Source: a virus
Taxonomy: Duplodnaviria > Caudoviricetes
IMG/VR virus record: IMGVR_UViG_3300032303_002011
Location: 1 to 39,086 of that record
Reading direction: 5' to 3' (one strand)
DNA: 39,086 nt
Within the stretch, counting starts at the first letter, position 1, and each line of letters opens with the position of its first letter. The notes beneath the pieces are model-generated. The model had not been told where the DNA came from. It did no database searches and saw only the letters and a list, made by a program, of their open reading frames with translations. A program made the position numbers and the translations under genes. Below, piece by piece: positions 20,971-29,076 of the stretch.

Positions 20971-21282
20971 ATGAGAGCAGTTTGCGTTATCCGAGACGGG
21001 CCAAGGTATGTGCCTGTCTTCGTTATTCACGATAAAACCAACAAGAGACATAACTTTGTTTGGTCTGCCGTGTATAACGCCCATATCTGGGATCGTGGAG
21101 ATCTAGGACCAGAAGACTCCCGCGACCTAGATAATATCCTTTCTAGAGCAGACAATTTCTACCGAGCTTCCGTGATTCTAAGGCCTGACGATGTCACGCC
21201 TCCTATCGTTCCTAATGAAGTAGTCGAACAGCCTAAGCCTAAAAACAAGGGTGGACGCCCACGGAAAGTGCAGGTGGCGTGA
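20971..21282 (+). CDS. Hypothetical protein with basic C-terminal GRPRK (AT-hook-like) motif
   Basis: 103 aa ending KPKNKGGRPRKVQVA; a gene type often found after capsid genes. Confidence 0.65.
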   Translation: MRAVCVIRDGPRYVPVFVIHDKTNKRHNFVWSAVYNAHIWDRGDLGPEDSRDLDNILSRADNFYRASVILRPDDVTPPIVPNEVVEQPKPKNKGGRPRKVQVA

Positions 21283-21950
21283 AGGTAAACGAAGCCATTG
21301 ATGCCATGTACGAAGTGTTCGGGGTTCCGAACAATGCTTCAGCGCCTCCCATCATGCAGAGGCGTATCTTCAATGACCTCAACTCTGCCATGCAGTTGCT
21401 ATGGACGAAGGGGCATCGGCTTCTTGATTACTACACAAGAGGCGAAGTCACAGTAACCATCCAAGCTAACAGCAAGTCGCAAGCCCTTTCCGACAGCGTT
21501 CAGTCCGTGATTGGCCCTGTCCGCAGAGCCACGGACAACATGATGCTTCGACCAATTAAAAGCCGTGGCGAATACGAGAATTACGCAAGCATCTATGCCG
21601 GTAGCTTGACCCAATTAGCTGGCTCCCCTCCTCAGGCTTACTTCATTGAGGCATCGAGGAATTCGCCACCCGACGCAACAAGCATCAGCATTTTTGTTGT
21701 CCCTGTTCCGATTGTGAGTACGGACCTCAAGGTTGCCGTATCCCTAAATGCTCCAGCCTTTACCCAGACGGATTACACAAACCACACGGAGATACCAATC
21801 CCCCACAACTATGCAGAAACCCTGCTGTTGCCCGTGGCCAGATATCTCACATGCTCTTCCCTTTTCTTTGCTGATAAATCGAAACAACGCGAGCCCCTGC
21901 TGAAAGCAGAATACGACAGGGCTCTACAAACCCTGGTGGAATCCGTATGA
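21279..21950 (+). CDS. Head-tail adaptor / tail tubular protein A-like
   Basis: N-terminal helices (IFNDLNSAMQ), G.P.AYF, IFVVPVP, IPIP..Y and C-terminal helices. Confidence 0.7.
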   Translation: MKVNEAIDAMYEVFGVPNNASAPPIMQRRIFNDLNSAMQLLWTKGHRLLDYYTRGEVTVTIQANSKSQALSDSVQSVIGPVRRATDNMMLRPIKSRGEYENYASIYAGSLTQLAGSPPQAYFIEASRNSPPDATSISIFVVPVPIVSTDLKVAVSLNAPAFTQTDYTNHTEIPIPHNYAETLLLPVARYLTCSSLFFADKSKQREPLLKAEYDRALQTLVESV

Positions 21951-22813
21951 CGAGTCTTCAACTAGCGCAAAGGGCTTTGTCTTTCACAAAGTTACCTACC
22001 GACCCAGCGAACATCTCGGCCAACGAGGCCGCTACGATAGTTGGTGCGATCAATGCTGGAATGTCTCGTTATTACATCAGCGCACCCAGCGGAAGGAAAA
22101 CAACCCCTGTAACTGCCTACATCAAGGCTCCTGAGCCGGTAAACATTGGACTTACAAAAGGGTCTTATAATACTACCGGACTAAACCTCGGAACCGATGA
22201 CAGAATGGGCGACACAATTCTTGTCGCTGACAGGAAGATTCGTTTGGCAATTGGAACAAAGCTCCGTGAGCCATGGCCTCTTGAAACAGGAACATACGCA
22301 GGCACTCTTTATGATGATGCCGTTCCGCTTTATACCCCTGTCCGCAGGATTGAGGGTTATGTCATTTTCGATGAGCGTTATAGACTCCCTTTCCTTGCCG
22401 ACACACCCGTAAGAGAAGATGAGATAGTAGTTCCAAGAAGGAGCGGATCGCCGGCGTTCTTTTCTATTGAAAGCCTTGGGGACGCCGTCGGTGGATCTGC
22501 CAGAGCTCTTGTGAGACTATACCCTGCCCCTTCTCAGGCTTCCACAATCCGATTCGCGGCAAGCATCGAAGCCCAAACATTCACGATAGCTAACTTGTCT
22601 GATGCTGTTGCCGTGTACGCCAGCCCTATGGATGTTGAGGCATTTATCGTGCCTTTAATCGCTTCAGAATTGGCTCTAACGCAATACTGGCAAGACGGAG
22701 TATCCCGAGAGCTTGCAATTGGCAAAGGCAGGGAAACAGAGGCTTTCCTTCGAACATACCATGAGCCAACCGGCCCCTCCATGAGCAGGGCTCTTACCCC
22801 AATAGGATTCTAA
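21947..22813 (+). CDS. Second adaptor-like neck protein
   Basis: Same architecture: AINAGM, SGSPAFF, VRLYPAP, FIVPLIA; coupled to its neighbours. Confidence 0.6.
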   Translation: MTSLQLAQRALSFTKLPTDPANISANEAATIVGAINAGMSRYYISAPSGRKTTPVTAYIKAPEPVNIGLTKGSYNTTGLNLGTDDRMGDTILVADRKIRLAIGTKLREPWPLETGTYAGTLYDDAVPLYTPVRRIEGYVIFDERYRLPFLADTPVREDEIVVPRRSGSPAFFSIESLGDAVGGSARALVRLYPAPSQASTIRFAASIEAQTFTIANLSDAVAVYASPMDVEAFIVPLIASELALTQYWQDGVSRELAIGKGRETEAFLRTYHEPTGPSMSRALTPIGF

Positions 22814-23436
22814 TGGCTTTAGTAGCAACATTCGATCTTGCCGAGAACATGATAACCAGCGTCCTATCGCAGGTTCGTCGTGGCGTATCGCTATCCAGAA
22901 TGGATAACACGGAGAATTCAACTAGGGGGGTAATGGTCGACCTTCCCGAAAAAATTGATTTTGAAATAAACCTGCTTAAATACCACCAGCTTCTCAGCAG
23001 GCAGACAACATCGACAGAAACGAGTTTATCTGCAGACGCAGAGTCATTGGCTTCAGTTGACTCGGAGTTATCACGCGACAGCGAAAGATCCCTAGATAAT
23101 TCGCGGTCGGGCGGAGGCTCGAATGAGGGGAACCGATCTTTATCCAGAGAGGTCAGTCTCGACTCAAATCGTGGTGGTGAAGGCTCATCAATGAGAGGCG
23201 GCGGAAGCTCATCTGATTCCGTAAGTTCAAGCGGAACGGAAGACAGGAGCTCAAAGAAAAATGAAAAAGAAATTGATTCTGCGTCGAGTAGCTCAAAAGA
23301 GAACTCTAACGAGACCAATAAGGACAATTCAACTAGATTAGACTACGAATGCTCAGACAAGTGGGTTACCTCTGAGACAAACAGAAATTATTGGAAACTC
23401 GATGAAGATACTGGAGTAGTAACACAAGCATCATGA
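22813..23436 (+). CDS. Ser/acidic alternating-register protein A1 (putative beta-tube subunit)
   Basis: N-terminal domain VRRGV..G.M.DLP.K.DFEI..HQ.LSR shared with 24184..24846, followed by a long polar tract. Confidence 0.7.
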   Translation: MALVATFDLAENMITSVLSQVRRGVSLSRMDNTENSTRGVMVDLPEKIDFEINLLKYHQLLSRQTTSTETSLSADAESLASVDSELSRDSERSLDNSRSGGGSNEGNRSLSREVSLDSNRGGEGSSMRGGGSSSDSVSSSGTEDRSSKKNEKEIDSASSSSKENSNETNKDNSTRLDYECSDKWVTSETNRNYWKLDEDTGVVTQAS

Positions 23437-23915
23437 GCTTTACACTTGTAGATTATCTAAATAGCGCAACAGGACAATCGGTTAACTCCGGTAGCGGTAG
23501 TGGGTCTAGCTCTGGATCGTCCTCTGGCTCATCATCGGCATCATCCTCAACCAGCACCTCTTCATCTAGGAGTAGCTCAACGAGCGATTCGTCTAGTCAA
23601 AGCTCTAGCCGTAGCGGAAGCAATTCAAGCAGCAACAGCAGGTCTTCATCTACAAGCGGAATTTCAAGCAATAGCTCAAGCGGATCAAGCTCATCCTCTT
23701 CCTCTAGGAGCGGTTCCTCTTCTAGCTCCACAAGTTCTAGTGGGTCTGGTAGCCGTTCTGGCTCATCAAGTTCTTCATCCAGTAGATCTTCTAGTTCGTC
23801 CAGATCGTCTTCTGGCGGGTCCTCGAGAACAGAAACTCAAAAAGATGATATCGGCTGTGTTGTCCGATTCAGCGTTCCAATTGTTGTCCAATTCCCGGGA
23901 GATGTTTCGCCATGA
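23433..23915 (+). CDS. Poly-(Ser-X) protein B (putative beta-tube subunit)
   Basis: ATGA-coupled at both ends; 114-residue Ser tract using all six Ser codons; C-terminal VVRFSVPIVV strand. Confidence 0.7.
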   Translation: MSFTLVDYLNSATGQSVNSGSGSGSSSGSSSGSSSASSSTSTSSSRSSSTSDSSSQSSSRSGSNSSSNSRSSSTSGISSNSSSGSSSSSSSRSGSSSSSTSSSGSGSRSGSSSSSSSRSSSSSRSSSGGSSRTETQKDDIGCVVRFSVPIVVQFPGDVSP

Positions 23916-24187
23916 ATGACGAAGGCAAAGCTCTTGAGCGGATAGCTCGCGTTGAGGAAAACCAGCGGTGGGTGATGCAAAACCTAACCGATATTCGAAA
24001 TATGCTTGAGAAGTCCCTGTCCGAGAAAGGAGAGGCCCATGAGCGTGTTTTAGAAAGGCTAAATAACGTCGAGGATGATGTCACCGGAATAAAAACCAAA
24101 CTATGGATGTTTGGGATTGGTGCTGGAGCGATCCTGACGGCCTTATGGGAGCTTGCAAAAGCAAAGCTATGGGGTGACCACCCGTGA
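23912..24187 (+). CDS. Coiled-coil protein with a C-terminal TM helix (XhlA-like/holin-like)
   Basis: ERIARVEE..ERLNNVE coiled coil, then LWMFGIGAGAILTALW. Confidence 0.6.
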   Translation: MNDEGKALERIARVEENQRWVMQNLTDIRNMLEKSLSEKGEAHERVLERLNNVEDDVTGIKTKLWMFGIGAGAILTALWELAKAKLWGDHP

Positions 24188-24846
24188 CAATTGTCCAGCT
24201 TTCAGATCTGGATGATTTCTTAAAAGACTCGCTATCAATAGTGAGGCGTGGAGTTGCTAATGCGAGGAACGCAAATCAGTCAAACCCTGCCCTCGGAATT
24301 ATGGCAGACCTCCCAGACAAAGTGGATTTTGAAATAATGGTGGTATCAAATCACCAATCTTTAAGCAGAGTAGCATCAACCACATCTTCCGATTCAAGCT
24401 CAATTAGTGAAATACTTGGGTCTAGGGAAAATGGTGGCTCACTAACCGGAGGTTCTTCCGTTGAGTCCAACTCTAAGAGCGATTTAGCCAACGAGAGTTC
24501 TTTAGACACATCTTCCATAACTAACTCGAAAAAAGCGGATTCTGGAAGTTCATCCTTTGAACTCGATTCAGAAACATCAAATGGAAATTCCAAGGAATAT
24601 GATAACTCCTCATCAAAAGGGTACGGCACATCCGACAGCAACGAGAAGGGAACAAGAAGCGAAAACAGATCAGCCACAAATACCTCTTCAAACAACAAAA
24701 ACGAGAAAAGCAAAAGCATGCAAATAGGCCGAACAAGAGAGAGCAACAAGCATCAGGTAAAAGGATTTGACCAATCCACCGGCCGATGGGGAGGCCAGAA
24801 TTTCGCTCCAGTTCAACCAGAAAGACAAGAACTAAAATGCTCTTAG
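24184..24846 (+). CDS. Ser/acidic alternating-register protein A2 (paralog of 22813..23436)
   Basis: GTGA-coupled start; aligns without gaps to A1 in the N-domain and ends its tract with FDQSTG versus LDEDTG. Confidence 0.7.
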   Translation: MTIVQLSDLDDFLKDSLSIVRRGVANARNANQSNPALGIMADLPDKVDFEIMVVSNHQSLSRVASTTSSDSSSISEILGSRENGGSLTGGSSVESNSKSDLANESSLDTSSITNSKKADSGSSSFELDSETSNGNSKEYDNSSSKGYGTSDSNEKGTRSENRSATNTSSNNKNEKSKSMQIGRTRESNKHQVKGFDQSTGRWGGQNFAPVQPERQELKCS

Positions 24847-25214
24847 TATTTGCGTTATTTTTCTTGGCTGGGTGCTCAACCACACAGCATCAATCCCCAT
24901 CTTTTGATAGGGCATATTCCTACTTAGACCAAGCGTCTGACTCTGCATCCGGGAGGACGGCGGAAGCCATCAAAAAAGCCAAAGAGCAGATTATAGCCGC
25001 AGATAAAGCGTGTTTAGCCAACACAGAAGCCCTCGATGAGGCTGTTAGGGCCAAAAACGAGGCGATCAAAGACGCCGAATACTGGAAAGCAAAACAGCGG
25101 AAAGCTCTTAAAGAGCTATGGGTATGGCGCGGGCTTCTAATTGTGGTTGGATTGTTTGCCCTCAGGGGGCCGATCTTCTGGGTGATTCGTAAATTCATAG
25201 GTATCCCTTGGTGA
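24837..25214 (+). CDS. Lipoprotein, putative unimolecular spanin
   Basis: Start re-called to ATG 24837: MLLVFALFFLAG-C lipobox, Ala/Lys helical middle, C-terminal hydrophobic segment; within the lysis cluster. Confidence 0.65.
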   Translation: MLLVFALFFLAGCSTTQHQSPSFDRAYSYLDQASDSASGRTAEAIKKAKEQIIAADKACLANTEALDEAVRAKNEAIKDAEYWKAKQRKALKELWVWRGLLIVVGLFALRGPIFWVIRKFIGIPW

Positions 25215-25558
25215 AGAAATTCATTTCCCATCTGCAAGGCGTCACCTGTTTTTCCATTGCGTCCTTCATATTCTGGTTCTCTGGGCCGATTGTTCAGCAT
25301 TTCGACCCAACCGCTGGAGTTTGGGATCGCGGGTCAATGCACGGGCTGGCGATTGGAGCTTGTGCATACTTTCTTGCCGTATGGTTGGCTTGGCTGGCCT
25401 TTCAGATTGAGTGGCCTTCTTTAGATAAGCACATCGACGAGAACAGGTGGCTTCAAGACATGCGAGCCATGTCCCCTGCTTCTCGGGTTTGGTTCACCTT
25501 AGCTGTCTGGTCAGTTCTATTTACTGGAGCCCTTTTATGCCTTCTGTCATGGAGGTAA
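25211..25558 (+). CDS. Putative holin (3 TM)
   Basis: GTGA-coupled start; three hydrophobic segments; directly upstream of the endolysin. Confidence 0.6.
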   Translation: MKKFISHLQGVTCFSIASFIFWFSGPIVQHFDPTAGVWDRGSMHGLAIGACAYFLAVWLAWLAFQIEWPSLDKHIDENRWLQDMRAMSPASRVWFTLAVWSVLFTGALLCLLSWR

Positions 25559-25562
25559 TCAA

Positions 25563-26072
25563 ATGCGCCTGTCACTTGTCGGTATTGTGTTTTGTCTCGC
25601 TAATACGCTACTTGCGGGACCAAGAGAGGACGTTGCCTTTATCGCAACAGCCCTATTGGAGACAAAAGAAGAATGGGGCGAAAACTCGGGGCCCATGGTG
25701 GATCAAATCCTTGCTTCCGTGGGTCTTCCTCCCGGGAATCCTTGGTGTGCGGCTTTCAACTACTACTGCTTTAGCCGAGCCGGTTATGCGGATGCCGTCC
25801 CCAGAACAGGTTGGTCTCCGTCGTGGTTGGCTGGACAAAGAAAGCCAGCCGAAAAAGCCCAAACCGCCGACGTCTTCGGTATCTATTTTAGCAGTCTCCG
25901 CAGAATTGCCCATACAGGGATCATAGAGAAGCCCTGTAATGGCTACTGCATAACCATAGAAGGAAACACAAACAATGGAGGCTCAAGAGATGGAGACGGG
26001 GTCTATCGCAGAAGAAGGCCAAACAAAACAATCGTCATCAAAGATTGGCTCGAAGAAGCCGTCTCTCGGTGA
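25563..26072 (+). CDS. CHAP-domain endolysin with N-terminal signal sequence
   Basis: E..GENSG, PWCAAF (catalytic Cys), HTGII (His), TIEGNT; hydrophobic N-terminus. Confidence 0.88.
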   Translation: MRLSLVGIVFCLANTLLAGPREDVAFIATALLETKEEWGENSGPMVDQILASVGLPPGNPWCAAFNYYCFSRAGYADAVPRTGWSPSWLAGQRKPAEKAQTADVFGIYFSSLRRIAHTGIIEKPCNGYCITIEGNTNNGGSRDGDGVYRRRRPNKTIVIKDWLEEAVSR

Positions 26073-26406
26073 CATTAAAAAGGATGTAAAGCCGGCTGAG
26101 TGGCTTGAAAAGGCCTTAGGCCAACCCGACATCCAGAAGTCTATCGTAAAAGCTATTGCTGACTCTCTGGGTGCGGTTAAGCACCAGTGGGACGGAAAGA
26201 GACAGCAGGCCGACGAAGTCCCTGACTACGCGACGCGCATAAAAGCAGCCGAACTAGCGTTGTCCTATATCGTTGGTAGACCGGTAGAACGGCAACAAAT
26301 TATGGTCGCACACCAAAAAATGGATGATCCGGTCAAAATGGTTAAGTCCAGCCCAGCCCTCAGAACTGCTCTCAAGGAGCTATTGGAGGAACCTAGTGAG
26401 TCATAA
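25990..26406 (+). CDS. Possible terminase small subunit-like protein (start uncertain)
   Basis: PDYATRIKAAELALSYIVGRPVERQQI resembles the oligomerisation helix plus C-terminal strand of many TerS-like proteins. Confidence 0.4.
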   Translation: METGSIAEEGQTKQSSSKIGSKKPSLGDIKKDVKPAEWLEKALGQPDIQKSIVKAIADSLGAVKHQWDGKRQQADEVPDYATRIKAAELALSYIVGRPVERQQIMVAHQKMDDPVKMVKSSPALRTALKELLEEPSES

Positions 26407-26722
26407 GAACGGGGTCACAAAAGACCATGAGGTAGATAGCCATACAATATGGACATCCGCCTACATGGATGGGCGAACTAAATACGAGTCAGGCCACAAA
26501 GAGCATAAGTCAAAGTTCTGGACGGCTGGTTTGGCTTGGTATGCGAGCAACCTTCGAGACGAGATCCTAGATGGCGTTGCTTATGTCCATCACCTCACCC
26601 TTCGAATCGGAACGCTCCTAGATATTGCGGAACAACTTGAGAAGAAGAAAATTACACCCAAGCAAGGGGCAAAAATGATCCGAGAAATAGTCTCGGCCAA
26701 GCCAATTGATGAAGATAACTAA
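26396..26722 (+). CDS. MazG-like all-alpha NTP-pyrophosphatase-fold protein
   Basis: GTG 26396 after GGAGGA; G..KY..G..EH and LRDEILDGVAY acidic helix motif. Confidence 0.45.
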   Translation: MSHKNGVTKDHEVDSHTIWTSAYMDGRTKYESGHKEHKSKFWTAGLAWYASNLRDEILDGVAYVHHLTLRIGTLLDIAEQLEKKKITPKQGAKMIREIVSAKPIDEDN

Positions 26723-27449
26723 ATTCGTTGCGGCCGGCGATGTGCATGGAGACGAGCAGGATAAGAAGTCCGTTCAGTCGCTCCTGTCATTTATGGCTCA
26801 CTATAAGCCCTCCCTAGTGGTCATGACGGGCGACCTTTGGGATTTCAAAAGCCTTAGGCGTGGCGCAAGCGACGATGACCAAGCTGAATCTCTGGAGCGA
26901 GATTGGGATGCTGGAGAGGAATTTATTAAGGACTTCTTTGCCTATGGAGATGAGCGTGTCTTCCTCAGGGGAAATCACGATGAAAGGCTTTGGGACTTGG
27001 CAAATAGCGCAAGGTCTGGATTGGCTAGAGATTACGCAGAGCAAGGGATCGAGCGTGTGGAGGATTTGCTGAAGAAACTAAAGGCTAGAATGTTGCCATA
27101 CGACTCTGTCGGAGGTGTGTATTCGCATGGGAGCTTGAAGTTCGTTCACGGATACGGCCACGCAATGCATTCGGCCAAACAACACGCCGATGCCTACGGC
27201 AATGTTCTTTTTGGGCATACCCACGCGATTGATTACTTTAAGTCAGTCTCCATCGACAATCGGGAGGGTTGGAATATCGGAGCTTTGTGCAACCTAGCGC
27301 CATCCTACAACAGAAATAATATGAGGCGCATGAGGTGGCAACACGGATGGGCTTTTGGGGTTATCTACGATGATGGAACCCATGATGTTTTCCAAGCAAA
27401 GCAAAGAAGCGGGAAATTCACGATACCAACCAACGTGAGGACACTATAA
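26709..27449 (+). CDS. Calcineurin-like metallophosphoesterase
   Basis: All five motifs present: GDVHG, GDLWD, GNHDE, HG, GHTH. Confidence 0.92.
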   Translation: MKITKFVAAGDVHGDEQDKKSVQSLLSFMAHYKPSLVVMTGDLWDFKSLRRGASDDDQAESLERDWDAGEEFIKDFFAYGDERVFLRGNHDERLWDLANSARSGLARDYAEQGIERVEDLLKKLKARMLPYDSVGGVYSHGSLKFVHGYGHAMHSAKQHADAYGNVLFGHTHAIDYFKSVSIDNREGWNIGALCNLAPSYNRNNMRRMRWQHGWAFGVIYDDGTHDVFQAKQRSGKFTIPTNVRTL

Positions 27450-27712
27450 TGCTACACCGGAAGACCAAGGGTAAGGACGAATGGACAAAACTGCTCATGC
27501 AGACCTTGACCAAGAATGTCGATGTAATCCCACCGGGCTGGCTTACAAGCGACGAAGTGGCTAAAAAGTTCGGCGTCCAAAGAAGTCAGGCAATTAAACT
27601 TCTAAAAGACATGAGAGAAGACGGACTTGTCGAGGCAAAGCAGTTTAGGGTTGTGATAAATAAAGAATACGGCGTTGCTAGACCCCAATTGCACTACCGG
27701 ATAAAGAAATGA
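27449..27712 (+). CDS. Winged-HTH DNA-binding protein
   Basis: WLTSDEVAKKFGVQRSQAIKLL..GLVE..Y pattern. Confidence 0.65.
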   Translation: MLHRKTKGKDEWTKLLMQTLTKNVDVIPPGWLTSDEVAKKFGVQRSQAIKLLKDMREDGLVEAKQFRVVINKEYGVARPQLHYRIKK

Positions 27713-28026
27713 AAGAGCCAGACGTTAACCGACTTGTTCCAGAGGAGTTTGATAACATGACGGCTAGTATGTTCACCTCTAGGCCAGATCCAAATCTAGT
27801 AGGAGAGCCACCTCCCCTTCCAGATATGATGCGAAATCTATATCACGACATGAAGGACTGGGCTCAAGATGGGTTCAAAACAGAGGCCGAAGCCGAAACA
27901 AATCGTAGGCTAGACATCTGCCGAGGTTGCGAGAACTTTAAGGAAGGAAGGTGTATGCTTTGCGGATGTTTTATGAAGCTAAAGGCAAAGCTCTCAACAG
28001 GATCTTGCCCAGTAGGCAAATGGTGA
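27709..28026 (+). CDS. Cys-cluster protein (DUF6171-like)
   Basis: RRLDICRGC..RCMLCGCFM..K..L....CP.GKW. Confidence 0.7.
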   Translation: MKEPDVNRLVPEEFDNMTASMFTSRPDPNLVGEPPPLPDMMRNLYHDMKDWAQDGFKTEAEAETNRRLDICRGCENFKEGRCMLCGCFMKLKAKLSTGSCPVGKW

Positions 28027-29076
28027 TCAGAGGTGTTCTGAGAACCTTCTAAAGGCCGATTCCCCGTCACCAATTCCAGCCATAAGAGCCGTATGGGCAT
28101 TCATGGCCATAAGCTCCCTAGCTTGAGTATCAAAAGCCAGAGCGCTTAGTCTGTAGACTACTTGCTCGTCGTTTTTGCATAACAAACCGGTTCGGCCATC
28201 TTCTATAAACTCAGGCATCCCGCCTGTATTAGATCCAACTACAATGGACCCAGATGCCATAGCCTCAAAAGCAACCCGAGGAGCGTTCTCAACTACAGGG
28301 TAGTACATAAGGGTTGCGTGGCAGGCGCTCATCATGTCTCCAATGACCGCCGGGTCATAGACATGCCCGTTAATAGATCCGGATAACTTTCCGTGATATG
28401 CGTGATCTGGCTTCCTATAGTCACCTATCTTAGCCTCTCCATTCGGCCCCCAGCCAATCAAATGGATGCCTTTTGGCTTTGGTGAGGCAAACCTGTGCAC
28501 AATCTCCCATAGGTTATCTGGGTACTTGTCTGGATCATCTCTTCCAATCTTAAGCACATCAAACCTAGATCTATCTTTGGGGTAATTCCTAAATTTGCTC
28601 CAAGAGGAAAGAAGGTTGAAATAGGGTTCACAATGAATGAAGTTATGGCTTAGCCCTAAAGGGATAAGCTCATTATTGAGGGCATTTTGCTGGTATCTGG
28701 ATTGGCACAAGACGCGGAGATTTGGTATTCTCCCAATCGCAATCTTTTCTTCAACCGAAAGAAAGTTCATGCACGGCCAGTAAGCGATTAGGGCAGGTTT
28801 TTCATCATTCCTATAGATGTAGGAGAACAGGTCTTGTTCGCACCAGCACCAGACCACCTTATCGGTTAGCACCCCGGGGGCGTATTCTTTGGTTTTAACA
28901 CCTATTGCGTCAAAATACTTCCTTCTGGGCTCATCGGCCCCCAATACGTCTGTGCCAGCCTTAAGAACGCAGGTTACATCAATATCCCTGCTCCTTAATA
29001 ATTCAATGATATGACCAACTTCAGGACCGGCTCCACCGCATTGGTGTAAATAGCCCCAAACGTAGATTTCCTTCAT
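28027..29076 (-). CDS. Glycosyltransferase, GT-B fold (GT4-like)
   Basis: N-terminal GGAG; ENAPRVAFEAMASG..VVGSNTGGMPEFIEDGRTGLL signature. Confidence 0.9.
   Translation of the reverse strand: MKEIYVWGYLHQCGGAGPEVGHIIELLRSRDIDVTCVLKAGTDVLGADEPRRKYFDAIGVKTKEYAPGVLTDKVVWCWCEQDLFSYIYRNDEKPALIAYWPCMNFLSVEEKIAIGRIPNLRVLCQSRYQQNALNNELIPLGLSHNFIHCEPYFNLLSSWSKFRNYPKDRSRFDVLKIGRDDPDKYPDNLWEIVHRFASPKPKGIHLIGWGPNGEAKIGDYRKPDHAYHGKLSGSINGHVYDPAVIGDMMSACHATLMYYPVVENAPRVAFEAMASGSIVVGSNTGGMPEFIEDGRTGLLCKNDEQVVYRLSALAFDTQARELMAMNAHTALMAGIGDGESAFRRFSEHL

Noticed and set aside
23425-23445. Programmed frameshift fusing A1 and B into one chain
   Set aside because: No slippery heptamer; it is an ordinary ATGA overlap and both chains carry their own turn motif. 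Not fully excluded without proteomics.
23487-23828. DNA tandem repeat or CRISPR-like array
   Set aside because: No repeated nucleotide unit or repeat-spacer pattern; the periodicity exists only at protein level.
23500-23919. 139-aa alternative-frame ORF over the poly-Ser gene
   Set aside because: By-product of Ser codons read out of frame; the Ser frame has coupled start and stop plus a conserved register.
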